Source: Octopus bimaculoides (taxonomy: Eukaryota). Taken from it: DNA of 64,000 nt. The DNA is taken from the NCBI RefSeq assembly GCF_001194135.2, contig NC_068981.1, positions 171,294,476 through 171,358,475 on the forward strand, written 5' to 3'. This document shows positions 1-12,397 of this stretch, in pieces. Each line of letters opens with the position of its first letter. Position 1 is the first letter of the stretch. The notes beneath the pieces were generated by a model, which saw only the letters and a program-made list of their open reading frames with translations, was not told where the DNA came from and ran no database searches. Made by a program: the position numbers and the translations under genes.

Positions 1-204
1 AGCAAGAAAATATTTTTAATTCTTTGTAAAATTTCACTTCTTTCAAGAACTGTATAAAATTATCAAGTAAACTGGAAACATTCTAAATCTTAGCATATTC
101 TTTGTTAATATTTACTTTATCAAGTAAACCCTGTACCAGTTCCAAAAGTCGATATTTACTTTCAGGGATAGCAGATGGTAAAACCAATACAGGATCGACA
201 AAAC

Positions 205-205
<1 letters not shown>

Positions 206-276
<71 letters not shown>

Positions 277-378
277 GTAGGTAGGTAGGTAGGAAGGAAG
301 GAAGGAAAGAAGGAAGGAAGGAAGGAAGGAAGGAAGGAAGGTAGGTAGGTAGATAGATAGATAGGTAGGTAGATAGAT

Positions 379-449
<71 letters not shown>

Positions 450-455
450 AAGATA
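206..455. repeat. Compound tetranucleotide microsatellite (TAGA)n/(TAGG)n/(GGAA)n
   Basis: Directly visible tandem units; they generate the spurious IYLS-repeat ORF 83..475. Confidence 0.98.
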
Positions 456-496
456 TGAAAATAGTTATATATCATATAATCAAATATGTATATATA

Positions 497-868
497 TTAA
501 AATGATCGTATATTTACATATTATGTATGCTCGTATGCATGGATTTAATTATATGTGAGCGTATAGTTGTGTCTTATAGTCATGAAAGTATGACATTTCA
601 ATTCGTATCATTTAAAACAGCTACGNNNNNNNNNNTAAAATGATCGTATATTTACATATATACGTATTATATACGTATTATTTACATATTTACATATTTA
701 CGTATTATTTACATATTTACGTATATTTACGTATATTTACGTATATTTACGTATATTTACCTATTATGTATGCTCGTATGCATGGATTTAATTATATGTG
801 AGCGTATAGTTGTGTCTTATAGTCATGAAAGTATGACATTTCAATTCGTATCATTTAAAACAGCTACG
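497..868. repeat. About 130-bp sequence duplicated either side of a 10-N gap, second copy carrying a (TATTTACRTA)n expansion
   Basis: 497-626 recurs at 637-868 with an inserted 10-bp tandem array; probably uncollapsed contig overlap or two alleles. Confidence 0.85.
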
Positions 869-2153
869 CAGATACAAGAAGGCTTCGCTGTTGAATGGCG
901 AATGACATGTAATTAAGAAACTTTATTCCCTTTTCATACTGTGACTAAGTGTAGAAATCGACACAATTATACGCTGAAGATTGTGTTCTTTTTGATATCA
1001 AGCAGAGGAAATCACAAACTCTTTACTCTTTCATATTAATGAATTTTGTCTCCAAGACAACCAAATTATATTTTCACAAAAGTTACGCATCCAGTGAGGA
1101 ATGTAGGTTACACACATTGTAGCTGCTATAGTATTGAACGACTTCATGTCAATAACCTGCTGTGCACCAGATAATAAGCATAGACTGGAACTTTTCGTAA
1201 GGTTCCAAGATACAGTTTATATTTCTAGAAGTGAGTCTAGGCATGTGTGAATATCTTTGACTGTTTCATGTCTAATGTTCTTGTTAAATCTCGTATACGC
1301 ACTTATTGAAAAAACTTTGATGGAAGGTTTTCTATCAATGCCACCTTCTCTTCAGACAAGGTGATATTTGTATCTCCTGTTTCAATATGCACTCCTGTTC
1401 GAAGATAGTAGTTTGTGATTTGAGGGAAATTTTATTTCTATTTTTAGCAAGTAAATTGATCACACAGAGTTTTTCTTATACCTTGTATATGGTTATGATA
1501 CATGAGTTTGAAACTCATGTAACATACTCATATATGGGTCAGTGATGACGTGAGTATGTGAGTAATTTCAACATTTGGTGTCCCCAATCGAGACAAAGTT
1601 TACAACTGTTTTCCAGCTGTTACTTGGAGCTCATGATGCTGACTAACCATAGTAAGAACGTACATATTATATCCTTAATCTCTAATGATGACCTCAAGTT
1701 AGAAATCTTCAGAGTATACCACAAGCTGGACAAAATCTCTAAATGATAAATGATGCCAACTCAACGTTTACTCATGAAACATAAAATAGTGCTACACAGT
1801 GTTGTGTGGCTAGTGTCCTCGGTCACCTTCTCCTTAGGGGGCCATCTGCAGCAACTGTCATTAAACTTTCCGGCTGGATTCACAAGTGTATTCGACTCAG
1901 ACGTTCTTGGTCTACGTCTTAGTTACTCTCGGTTGTTTCGACTTTAAGAATCCATCGTGTGAGTCTTTCCTGCAACGTTCTAATCACATGTCTGTAACAG
2001 TGAAGCGGATAATGTACCATAATTAATGATATTAGAAAATACACATGATGTAAATATTCCGAAATCGATTGACATACTGTATATTGTTTTCCAAATTTCC
2101 TTCAGAACCCAATATTTGGTCTCAAATAAGGAGACTTTGGGCAATACAGTTAA

Positions 2154-2154
<1 letters not shown>

Positions 2155-2222
<68 letters not shown>

Positions 2223-2290
2223 CAGTCAGGTAGACATACAGACAGATAGATAAGTAATATATATAGATATATATATATATATATATACAT
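2155..2290. repeat. (GATA)n and (TA)n microsatellites
   Basis: Visible tandem units. Confidence 0.95.
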
Positions 2291-2302
2291 AGACACACAA
2301 AG

Positions 2303-2462
2303 TAAAATAATGATACACGAATGATAACAGAGAAATGAGAATATGAAGTGTGTTACTCACCCCACACTGAGTAACACCACTCTCCACCTTTGAGTCCTGA
2401 GTCCTCTTTAGTTTTTGATCTAGTCTTTCGTTTACCGTTTTCTCCATCGGTGAGTAACAACA
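2303..2462 (-). mobile_element. Fragment of the same family as the ORF1-only element at 3091-4548 (ORF1 C-terminus plus downstream sequence)
   Basis: Aligns by eye to 3231-3370 at roughly 90% identity with one indel of about 20 bp. Confidence 0.85.
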
Positions 2463-3049
2463 AAGTATAAATGTGTATATACATATATAATTTCTACATA
2501 TTTTGTAGTAGAAAACATCCGTTGACTTGTGCCGATGTATAATTGTGAAATATAATCAGCATTAATATCCCCCGCGCCAAAAGTTTGTTCAGGCTGTCAC
2601 TAGTTCCTTGTACGTATCACGTAGCAGATGATCATGTAAATAACAGAATACACCAATATATATATATAAGATATCCGCTGGGGTATATATTTATTAGCAT
2701 ATATGGATACGACTTGCTCGGTGTTTCTGCTACACACCAAGCAACTGACAAATGAGTTATACGGTTGACTGGCAAATACTTACTCACCGACACTTTTCAA
2801 TCACTTTTCCATTGAATCCCCGGTAGTCTTTTTCTCACTACTTATTCTATTGATACTAAAACGATCTGAGCATTATTGATCCACCTACCTCGCCTCCTCT
2901 CTCCATTCCTGTTCTGGCTCACCCACATACTAAAGCTTACATTAACTATTTCAATTCTTCCTATGCTGAAACCGTTTCCAAACATCCCCTCAATTTTGTT
3001 TCTCACAGGTACATGCTCAAACTAAACACTGTGTTCTAAATCTTCAGAA

Positions 3050-3090
3050 TGGGCGGACCCAGAACCATGTAGTTGGGAAGCAGGCTTCTT
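3050..3090 (-). mobile_element. Downstream half of a split tRNA-derived SINE head, including left TSD copy 3075-3090
   Basis: Minus strand reads AAGAAGCCTGCTTCCCAACTACATGGTTCTGGGT, matching the intact SINE at 45530 (AAGTAGATTGCTTACAAACTACATGGTTCTGAGT). Confidence 0.8.
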
Positions 3091-4548
3091 TATTTCTCTT
3101 AAATTGCCATAAAGACATTACATAGAAGGGGACACTAGAACATATGTGGGGACATGTAACAATTAAAATAAAAATATGATGCTATGAATGACACATGAAA
3201 ATGAACATGAAAATATCAAAATCAAAATATTAAAATAATGATACACGAATGATAACTGAGAAATGAGTAACACACTGAGTAACACCACTCGCCACCTCTG
3301 AGCCCTGAGTCCTCTTTAGTCTTTTATCTAGTCTTTCGTTTACCGTTTTCCTCATCGCTGAGTGACAACACTGTCTCCTCCATGTACACGCAACCATTTT
3401 CACCGGGGGAAGAGTCTTGTAAATTTTATGGTGTCTGTTCTTTCTTCTTTTTTTCCTGTGGGAGAGGTGGTGGGCTGTTTGGTGTCTTTATGGGGAGGGT
3501 GGGTCTGAGTGGTCTTGGGTGGGATGGAGTTAGTCTGGGGTCCCAGATCACACTGACTGTTCTTCCTCTTCTTACACTTTTTCCTTCTATTCTCTGTCAC
3601 TGTCCATTCATCCTCCTTGTTCCTTCCATCTATCTGTACTTCTTCCTTTTTCTCTTCCGTCCCCACCACCGTTTCTTCTGTCGTTTTCCTCTGCAGAGGG
3701 CAGTGCGCTCTAATGTGGCCCTTTTGGCCACATTTAAAACACCGTGGGGTTCTACCATCCACCCACACTTTTACCACAATCTTTCCCAACGTCACCGTCT
3801 CCGCCAAACTCTCCAATTGGCTCTCCTCTGCCTGTATAATGACGTCCAGTGTTTTTCTTCTCCATCCTCCGTTCTCCGTTTCCGTGGCTTGGAGGACGGC
3901 CACCTCCGCCACACTTCCAGCGAAGACGGCTGCCGCAACCCAAGTCACTTCTATATCGGTTGGAATTCCTTCTATCCTCACCTTAGAAGTCTTTCTTTCC
4001 AAGATACGCGGGGAGAAGTACTACTTCCTCCGTCCTTACAGTTGCACACGCCAGACTCCTCGCCTCCTCCGCTGTCCTAAACTGGACAACCACCGTCCCA
4101 TATCCATTTCCTTTCGCTATGTATGTCACTTCCTTCGAAAGACCCTTCAATGCTTTTTCTACTTTTTCCATCTCCATCCGCTCTACCTTCCTACTCTCCA
4201 CTGAGTACACCTTGTAGGTAATGGTTTTCTTTTCCATATTTTCCATAACCCTTTTCACCGCCCTCCTTCTGAGTCATCTTACTCAGCTCCTCCAGTCCGG
4301 CTAGGTCTACCTCCCTTTTCTTCACCTCTGCAGCCTCAGCAAAACTTTTTACTCTTTCCAAATGTTCGTCCATTCTATTTACCGCCTTAACGAGCTCCTC
4401 CTCCGATGAGGACAGCTCATACTCGCTAGGTTCTGAAAACATATTTTCCTACCGGTATAACACTCACTGACAAGCCGCTGCCAAACAGTACAAAAAATTC
4501 CGTCCGATTCGTCAAAAATCAACACAACGAATAGACCGACGCATACAC
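3091..4548 (-). mobile_element. Non-autonomous non-LTR retroelement encoding only a Tx1/L1-like ORF1, flanked by a 16-bp TSD
   Basis: GGGAAGCAGGCTTCTT occurs at both 3075-3090 and 4549-4564. The element has a 5' UTR of about 106 bp, a gag-like ORF1, an AT-rich 3' UTR ending ...GAGAAATA|AAGAAG, and no RT or endonuclease sequence. Confidence 0.85.
3324..4442 (-). pseudogene. Frameshifted ORF1 (gag-like nucleic-acid chaperone with CCHC zinc knuckle) of the retroelement
   Basis: Three overlapping ORF pieces (4191-4442, 3983-4258, 3400-4002) join into one protein with PAYLG(K/R)KTSKVRIEGIP and PRCFKCGQKGHIRAHCP (C-x2-C-x4-H-x4-C). A likely end is GKRKTR* at 3324 after a further frameshift. Confidence 0.8.
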
Positions 4549-4590
4549 GGGAAGCAGGCTTCTTACCACACAGCCGCGCCTCGCCTACGT
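4549..4590 (-). mobile_element. 5' part (A box) of the split tRNA-derived SINE head, including right TSD copy
   Basis: Minus strand GGCGAGGCGCGGCTGTGTGGTAAGAAGCC matches the SINE head GGCGCAGGAGTGGCTGTGTGGTAAG seen at 45530 and 32326. Confidence 0.8.
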
Positions 4591-4599
4591 CTATATATA

Positions 4600-5776
4600 T
4601 TGAGTTATCCCATAAATAATGCTTTTTTTTTAATACTTTTATCTTTCAAAATTTAATCTAAAATATACTCTCCTTCATTTTCTACAATGCTCTTCCATCT
4701 ATCTGGTAAACTTTCAAGGCCTCTCTTCCAAACTTCACCTGTTTGTGATGAAAAATACTCCTCCAGTACTGTTCCGACCTCGTCTAGAGTCCATATTTTT
4801 TCGTCGAAATGATTTTGAAGACTGAAGAATAAATGATAATCAGATGGGGAAATGTCTAGCGAATATGGTGGGTGGGGCATCACTTCGCATTCAAATTGCT
4901 CCAACCTTTGGGATGTCATCCTTGCTGTATGTGGACGCTCATTATCTTCCTGGAAGAACACCTTTCGTCTTGAAACCAAAAATGGTCGTTTTCCTTCTAG
5001 CGCTGACTTAAGCCGTTCAAGCAGCTCGCAGTAGATCGACTTCGTTATCGTTTGGTTTGGTTTGGTTTGGTCTTAAAAATTCAACGTGGACTAAACCTTT
5101 CATTTCCCACCAAACAGATAATAGCTCCTTACGTGTGGTGTGAAGAGTTTCTTTAGCCTGGGGTGCCGGTGTTTCTCTTTCCCTACACACTGTCTTCGGC
5201 GCTTGACATTTTCACAGAGAACCCATTTCCCGTTACAAGTCACTTTTCGGTCCCAAAAAAGGTTCATTAGTGAGATATGGCTGCCTTTTCCGATGCCACG
5301 CAGGTGTCGATGAATGGTTAAATGACCAAATCCAAGCTTCTCTGTTAGTTCCTCAACAGTTAAGATGGGACTTTGTTTCACCAAGGTTTGCAGGACGTTC
5401 TCGTCAAGATCCACAGATCTTCCAGGACGAGACTCGTCTTCTAAGCTGTAGTTTCAGGTTCGGAGTTTTGGGAACCACCGTTGACACTGGCTTACGCTTA
5501 TTGTCCGAATCCCATATGCTACATTAATATCCCTCGCACTCTCCGTTGCGTTGTTACCTTTATTGAACTCATAAAACAAGATATACTGAATATGCTCCTT
5601 TGTCTCTTCCATTATAGCTTTGAAAAAATAACTTAAAATCGAACTGCACTCTTCAAAACTTACACTAAAAATAAGGACAAGGTAAAATTACTACCTGCTC
5701 TTATAGCTTATCCCGTTCCCCTCCGACTTTTAGTTCATGCAATTGAAAACACCGCATTACTTATGGAATGACCTAA
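4600..5776 (-). mobile_element. Mariner DNA transposon (D,D34D), near full length, transposase degenerate
   Basis: Imperfect TIRs TTGAGTTATCCCATAAATAATGC and the reverse complement of GCATTACTTATGGAATGACCTAA, with TA on both flanks. Translation EDNERPH...HPPYSLDISPSDYHLF has 34 residues between the aspartates; HTH region TVEELTEKLGFGHLTIHRHL. Confidence 0.93.
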
Positions 5777-5999
5777 TAAATTATAATTGTTTTTCCCTTC
5801 CACTAATTTATATTACAAATAAGTTTAAATTCTCTTTAAATTTTTGCCTTTACGCAGAAGCAGAGTTTTTGAAGTATCTTACATTTTTAACTTTCAGTAA
5901 CGTATCAAATTCCTAGTCAGTGATATAATCAACCATCACTGCTAGGACACCTAAAATCTGATGAGAACTTATAATAACTTAACGTCTCCCTGAGTAGAA

Positions 6000-8900
6000 C
6001 CACAAATACCGAATCAGAATGTTTGAATTCAGCAAATGCAAATTAGCTATAGGAAGATGATCTTTTCTCATTCACTTCTCAAGGAATTTTTACACCACTA
6101 ACATTTTTAATATTCTCTTTCTTTTCGCCTTTGTCCAATAAAAGGATACCCAATCCGCGTGAATGTATTAATATTACTTTGGCTGATCGGGCAGGAGAAT
6201 TAAAGACAAAAAAAATCATAGTTTAACCTACTGGATGTACTCCAACCCAATCTACAGCAACTTAAGTGTGATTATATGTATAAGTGGATGCAAGTCTAAA
6301 AATACTACTTCAACAGGTCTTTATATACTTTACACTTATCAACTTTGGGGCATATTTCACTGCACTATCTGTTCATAAAGATGATTCCAAATTTTGATAA
6401 ACTTTAGTATTCCTTATTACCGCTCAGATCTACAGATCACGTCATTTTTTCTTATATTTTAAAACTATTTCATAAAATCCTTATGCACTCTTCATTTTCT
6501 TACTAAGCAGAGTTTATAATGTTTGCAATATTAATTATTCACATGCTAGTGGTCTGTTGTATTACTTATAATATTATCAATTCTCATACACTCTATTATA
6601 CAGTAAATTCCCAACAGATTTTAATGCGCTCACATTCGACTATACTTGGAAGCTGGTCTTTTTTCTTACCGCATTAATTTATGCTGTCTCCATATCAATC
6701 CCAATGGGTTGTAAATGCCTTGTTATCAAAATTTATCTTATATTCATCATTTTTGTCTTCATATATTCCATTCACTTAACAAATGTGTTAAAACATAGCT
6801 GTGTGCCACACATCATGTATGCTGGAGCTTAGGTGTTTGTCTACCGGGAATTTATTTATCTTGGTAATATATTCTTGAGATTTGTTACTCTATTGCAAAA
6901 GTCAATGTTTTAATCTCAAAAATTAGGTTTGTTTTTCTTATCAGTCACTATCACCATTAGTATTTACTCATTCATCTAATGCACCTTTTCAAAGTCTAAA
7001 ATAATACAATCGTTATTCATTTATCTTGGTTTTTATAAACTCTTTCAACAGCTTGAATGGTATTGCTTTCTTATTATATAACGTTATTTCTCTTCATTCC
7101 TAGCTAATCAATCTTACTCCATATTTACAAACATCATTCACAGACCATGCACTGTTCAGAGTATGGTTATTAATTTCTTTTTGTTTTCCTATCTAACAGA
7201 TGATACTTTCTGTCTGAGGTCTCAAGCTATTCATTATGAACAAACACTACTTAGCTTGCATGACTGATCTTGCTGATGTTATGTTATTTCTGATATAGAT
7301 GAAGATTACCTTTCTTACGAAGTACTATGATCATCGACTAAGCACAGAATGTAAGCCATTTACCAGTCTGCTAGATTTTATTTCAAATAGACTTTAGGAT
7401 ATTTATCGTAGCCTGTCCTTAGTGCTTCAATATTTCAGCATCATTTCCGTCACCTACTTTTCCTCTTTTAGAGATCTAATTGCAGATCTCGCATGATTAG
7501 AGAATCGTTGTTCTTCAAAAATCTATGTTAGTTCAATACATTTGGATCCATGCTGCTCTGTAGTTGAAAAGTTCTGAGTCTTTTGTTTTTACATTTACTT
7601 TGGTGAGGCATTTGCCAGTTGTGGCACCTCTCTGTTTCGTTGTTGGAACGGCTGATTAAGTATCTATATATTTTAGTTACCCATCTTTGTGTTTTTACAC
7701 GTTTTCCCTCAAAAGTTCTCTTTTGATCTCTATATATGTTGTTTTTTTTTTGTTACGTTATCTGTCATTTATTTCCTGTTATAATTATTTTCTCTAAAAT
7801 TGTGTGTGATGCTTATCTGGATTTGCGTCAGTTTTGTTACCAGGAACTTAGCAACTTGGATTGCGGGACAAAGGTTTAATGCCTAAAGACTAATTAAGAA
7901 CCGCATAGACAATGACTACTCTCATTAACCTCAAGACAATATGGAGAGATATGAATCCCGCCATAAGAGGCAAAATCAAACTCTTGCAAGGTAATGCTAC
8001 TTTCTACCAAAGCAGACGCAAAATTGACTCTCATTGGAAAACACAAACACTGGAAATGGTCAGCATTTTAGCCATCTCGTACTCGGAACACATCATAATT
8101 GGTGATGTTCGTGAAACCAGCCATGCTACAATAGGCTCCATGGATACATTCTCACAACGGCAAAAAACCCCAGAAAAACAGAGTTCATGAAAATGTATCA
8201 AGATATAGTAGCAGACCTATCTAAAAGAACATTCAGCGGCGGAAAGAGAGTCGATCTGAGGAAAAGATGGACTGACACGCTAAAGAAACGGATAAGCAAA
8301 TTATTAAAATCGGATTTCGGCTTGGGTACACAACCCTGAGAGATGTGTAAAACTGGTATACAGTATGTAACGACAGTTCCTCTACGACTCCATCGGATGT
8401 TGAAAGCGTTCTCACATAAACATCCACTCTAGCCTTCTCTATTTCAATTTGAGATTGAATAAATTCGTAACAATAATGGTTAAATTCTTACAAGAACTTA
8501 CAACCTGATTTATTTTATATTGCAACCATATAAGAACTAATTTCCTCTTTTTGAAAAATCCCTTCATAATCATTTCATTCATTTCTTTTTTGCCCTTACC
8601 TATGTATCTAATAGCTTCATTATCTGTTTTATGCTCTTCTTGTCCGGTGACTGCATACCATTACTTTTCACTATCTTTCCTCGTTTTATTATAAAGGTTC
8701 CACATTCTTTAATCATGAACTATATCCCAATATCTTCACCAAATCCATATTCTGTTCCTACTAAATAGTCTATTTATTCAAATACTTTGCGAACAGATTC
8801 AAATCATCCATGAAGATAATTTACTTTATAATGTCACCCTCTAAAAACATATATACGGGCCTTATCATTTTTAGCAGCAGTGGCAAAAATATCAAACCTG

Positions 8901-9450
8901 TTCCAACAAGCAAAAAAGGTCAAGCTATTCTCATGGACAATTCCTCTATTGATTTAAACAGTTCCTGCCTTTTCACTACAGCAGATTATATTTTCTTTTT
9001 ACACTAAATGTCCTTTTATTCTATTCTATTCCTGCCATCTTTAGACATGTTATTATCCAACAATGAAGAATCATGACTTACGCCTTCTTTATTATTGATG
9101 CATGACATTGTGAGATTTGTATGTCACTTCATATGGTACTAAATGATTAATGTACAGACTCGTAATTGATGCTTAGTATATGAACAGTCATTCAGCCTTC
9201 TTTCTCCTCTATTTGTAATATATTCTGGATATCTAACATCTAAATGAATTATTACACATTATAAAGCTGTCAATAACGTTATCCGTTTCAAATTGTTAGC
9301 TGCATTGCTTTTGTTTTAGCCCATCTGGGATTAATAACACTAACTTCTTTCACAATTTCAGACAAAGTTTCTCTGATGCATAAAATATCATTTAAATGTT
9401 TTATCATTATCCCATAGTTGATGACATTTTCAAGAAAACAAATTACCGTG
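6000..9450 (-). mobile_element. Highly decayed CR1/L2-like LINE ORF2 (APE endonuclease plus RT)
   Basis: Scattered minus-strand motifs in the expected order: DILCIRETL near 9370-9390 (APE), DCIILDFEKVH near 6980-7010 (RT), and a KK-D-L-VIRNTKV-like C-terminal region near 6400-6460. Many stops; boundaries are approximate. Confidence 0.45.
7870..8420 (+). mobile_element. RTE-clade LINE 3' fragment
   Basis: LINLKTIWRDMNPAIRGKIKLLQ, ILAISYSEHI and RKRWTDTLKKRI match the RTE ORF C-terminus. Confidence 0.7.
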
Positions 9451-10516
9451 CATTTCATCACAATCCAGGAAATTTCTCGTTTGGTCGTTTTTCTAACAAT
9501 TCGCGTGTTTTACTTTTCATTGCAAATAAGCTTTAATTTCACGTTGTTTTTGTCACTATTTTGCCTTTTGCTTTCTGTAATCAGTTACTCAATATCTTCA
9601 ACCAATAACATTTTCTCCTTCTGCATTATATATCATAATTCTTTCCTTTAACACCTTCATATATATAAAACCATTTTTCTTTCGTATAGAGTATCATATT
9701 CTCTTAATATGTTTTAAAATCTTCTAATGTGTTCTTACATATTCTCGAAATTCCCTATTAAAGAGTTTGTTTTTGTTTTCTATTATCATTAGTAAAATTA
9801 TGGCTGTATTCATGATTAATCATATATACGCTATGTACTGTTTCTAAAATTAGTGTAGAGTTTCCTTATTATTCCAGAATATTGATAAATTTTTTATTGG
9901 GTATTGCTGGTTTGGGAGAAGTAAAAGTTACTCAGAATTCGAAAGATAGTGACAAGTCCGTACATATTTCATCTATTTTAAACCGCTTACGCGATTTTTT
10001 GCTGCAGATACCTGTTTTATGTATTTGCAAAGTAGTGTACACCAGTAGGCATGAGAACGTAATACATTGGTCGCAGAAATCACAGTATTTTGTTAATTTC
10101 AAGCCATTAAGATTTTTAAAATTATTGAATAGTGTATCGTATTGACTTCAATAGACTATGTCGTTTCCCCGCAGAGTTTACGTTTGCAGTAATAAAAGAA
10201 AGAAATATTAATACCCAAAACATTAACTGAACGCAAAGAAAATTGGTTTTTCTATACCTGGTTGGGATTATTTGCATCCGTTACTTACTTATTTCACTCA
10301 GAAACGACATGAACATCGTATATTATTTCATTTCTAATATTTATTACGTTGAGTCAAAATAAACCAATATTATATATTAGATTCCTGAAATTAGTAAAAC
10401 AAAACTGTGGACATAAGATGTGTGTGTGTGTACTTACATACACCCACACACACATATATATGCACATATATATATGTATGTGTGTGTGTATATGCACACA
10501 AGTTTGTTACATTATC

Positions 10517-11115
10517 TTAAACACTGTCTGATATCGACTCTTGTGCTACATGGGCTTTATATGAAAATACTGAGTCTTGCTGAAACATGTATGACCTACC
10601 TCTGGTTACATCTTTCAACCAAGGTTTAGCAACATTCTCCTGCACCCCAACGTATCTAACAGCATTAACTCTCAAACCATGTGAAAAGATGTAAAGTTGC
10701 ATGACATGACCGTCCATGCTTATCAATTGTAAAGGAATCACATTTGCTGGAAATTAGTATCTATCACTCTGGGGACATCAGAATGATCTGCGTATAATAA
10801 GCTGTGATGATTTCTTCACCTAGACGTTTCGATTTATTTGAAGTTGTTTTTCGACAGAGAAGAGCCAAACCATCTCATGTCAGTGAAGATTTTTAACCTT
10901 GTTTACTAACCGATTGGCACGGATGAACTGATATCTCTATACTATATATGTTACATATCGGATATCCTCGTGCACCAGAGTTCTAATAGTCCACTCTGAC
11001 TCTTCACGTTCTTAGGCGTTTGCTTTCTTAGATTTTCAGAAATCATTAATGATAACGTTTTGAGCCCGTAGGATGAACTACAAGGTCCTTCTGGTGTCTG
11101 AATTTCTATTTAGAC
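10517..11115 (-). mobile_element. Tc1/mariner-superfamily (maT/DD37D-like) transposase fragment
   Basis: DGHVMQLYIFSHGLRVNAVRYVGVQENVAKPWLKDVTRGRSYMFQQDS matches the maT-type catalytic region; decayed HTH region upstream. Confidence 0.75.
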
Positions 11116-11280
11116 TTTGGCAAGTAATTCTTTCTTTAGTCGGGGTCGGTGTAGCTATGTGCAAGAACTATATGCGTATATGTGCATGTATCTATGTATG
11201 TATGTAAGTATGTATGTATATATGTATGTGTGTATGTATGTATGTAACTATGTAGGAATGTGTATAAATGTATGTGTGTC

Positions 11281-11386
11281 ATTATTCAGTTGTATTTCAA
11301 GATTGTTTGCCAATAGAACAAGCGCTGGTTTTTAACCTAGATCCAAGGCTCCTTCATTGAAATTTCAACATTAACAGGGTATTTTG
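11281..11386 (-). mobile_element. Short interspersed fragment (probable LINE 3' tail), copy 1
   Basis: Similar to 12289-12397 (AAGGCTCCTTCATTG core) and flanked by TATG repeats on both sides. Confidence 0.6.
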
Positions 11387-11519
11387 TATGTATGTATGTA
11401 TGTATGTATGTATGTATGTATGTATGTATGCATATATGTATGTATGTATGTATGTATGCATTTATGTATGTATATTTGTATGTTTTGTTTTATGTATATC
11501 TTTTCATGCATGTACGTGC

Positions 11520-12190
11520 ACATCTAGACATGCTCATATATATTTAAATGATAAACGTCTAGAAAGTTTTATAAATTTTTACAGTTCTAGTGATGGAATG
11601 GTTCTGTAGTCTTCGAATTATCCGTCTCTTTTCTGGTTTTGAGAAGCCTAATTTCTCAAGATAGGTATTTAGGCAGTGTGTTACATATCCCAGTGCCCCA
11701 ATAATTGCAAGTATAAACCTGAACTTGTAATCTAGATAGAGTAACTGAAGATTCCTCACTAGTTCAGCGTAGGTATTCTGTTTTTCACTGGGTTTTCAGC
11801 TTTATGGTAATATCCGCTGGGCAGCTAATTTCCACAACTGTATACAGTTTCTCTCCTCTATCCCAAATCATTATTCCAGGTTTGTTGTGCTTATATATTC
11901 AGGTTTTCATTGGGACATTCCACCAGTTCTTCTTTTTATTAGGAGTGGCTATGGCTTCTACCATACTTATTTCTTTGTCCTGAGGGTTATTTTTCCGACA
12001 GATTTAATTATAGTGTCCTATCTTCAACATCATGTCTCATCGGTAGATAATACCGTGATAACATTTTTACACAACTGCATATAATGTGGGTGATATCTTC
12101 GGTGTTAACTTCACAAAGTCTTCATCGGTTGTCACATTTTACTGCTTTTTCCAGTATCTCCGTCGCTTTCGTACATCAGGTATTTGGTAT
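11520..12190 (-). mobile_element. 5'-truncated RLE-type (R2/R4/NeSL-like) LINE 3' end
   Basis: Minus strand carries the CCHC-like RLCEVNTEDITHIICSC, the PD-(D/E)xK-like NKPGIMIWDRGEKLYTVVEISCPAD, and FILAIIGALG. A short 3' UTR runs into (CATA)n. Confidence 0.8.
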
Positions 12191-12288
12191 ATATGTATGT
12201 GTATGCATTATGTGTGGGTATGTATGTATGTGTATATATACGTATGTATGCATGTATGGATGTATGTGTATATGTATGTATGTATATT

Positions 12289-12397
12289 ATCAATCAGTTT
12301 CATTTCTGTATTTCTTGTCCATAGAGAAAGAGCCGGACTCTAACATAGATTCAAGGCTCCTTCATTGGAACTTTTATCAACATCATCTAGGTATTTG
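12289..12397 (-). mobile_element. Short interspersed fragment (probable LINE 3' tail), copy 2
   Basis: Similar to 11281-11386. Confidence 0.6.

Noticed and set aside
497-868. Apparent tandem duplication with a 10-bp repeat expansion
   Set aside because: It straddles a 10-N scaffold gap; most likely uncollapsed overlap or two alleles.
3382-4204. Plus-strand ORFs of 232 and 195 aa
   Set aside because: Antisense shadows of the purine-rich ORF1 on the minus strand.
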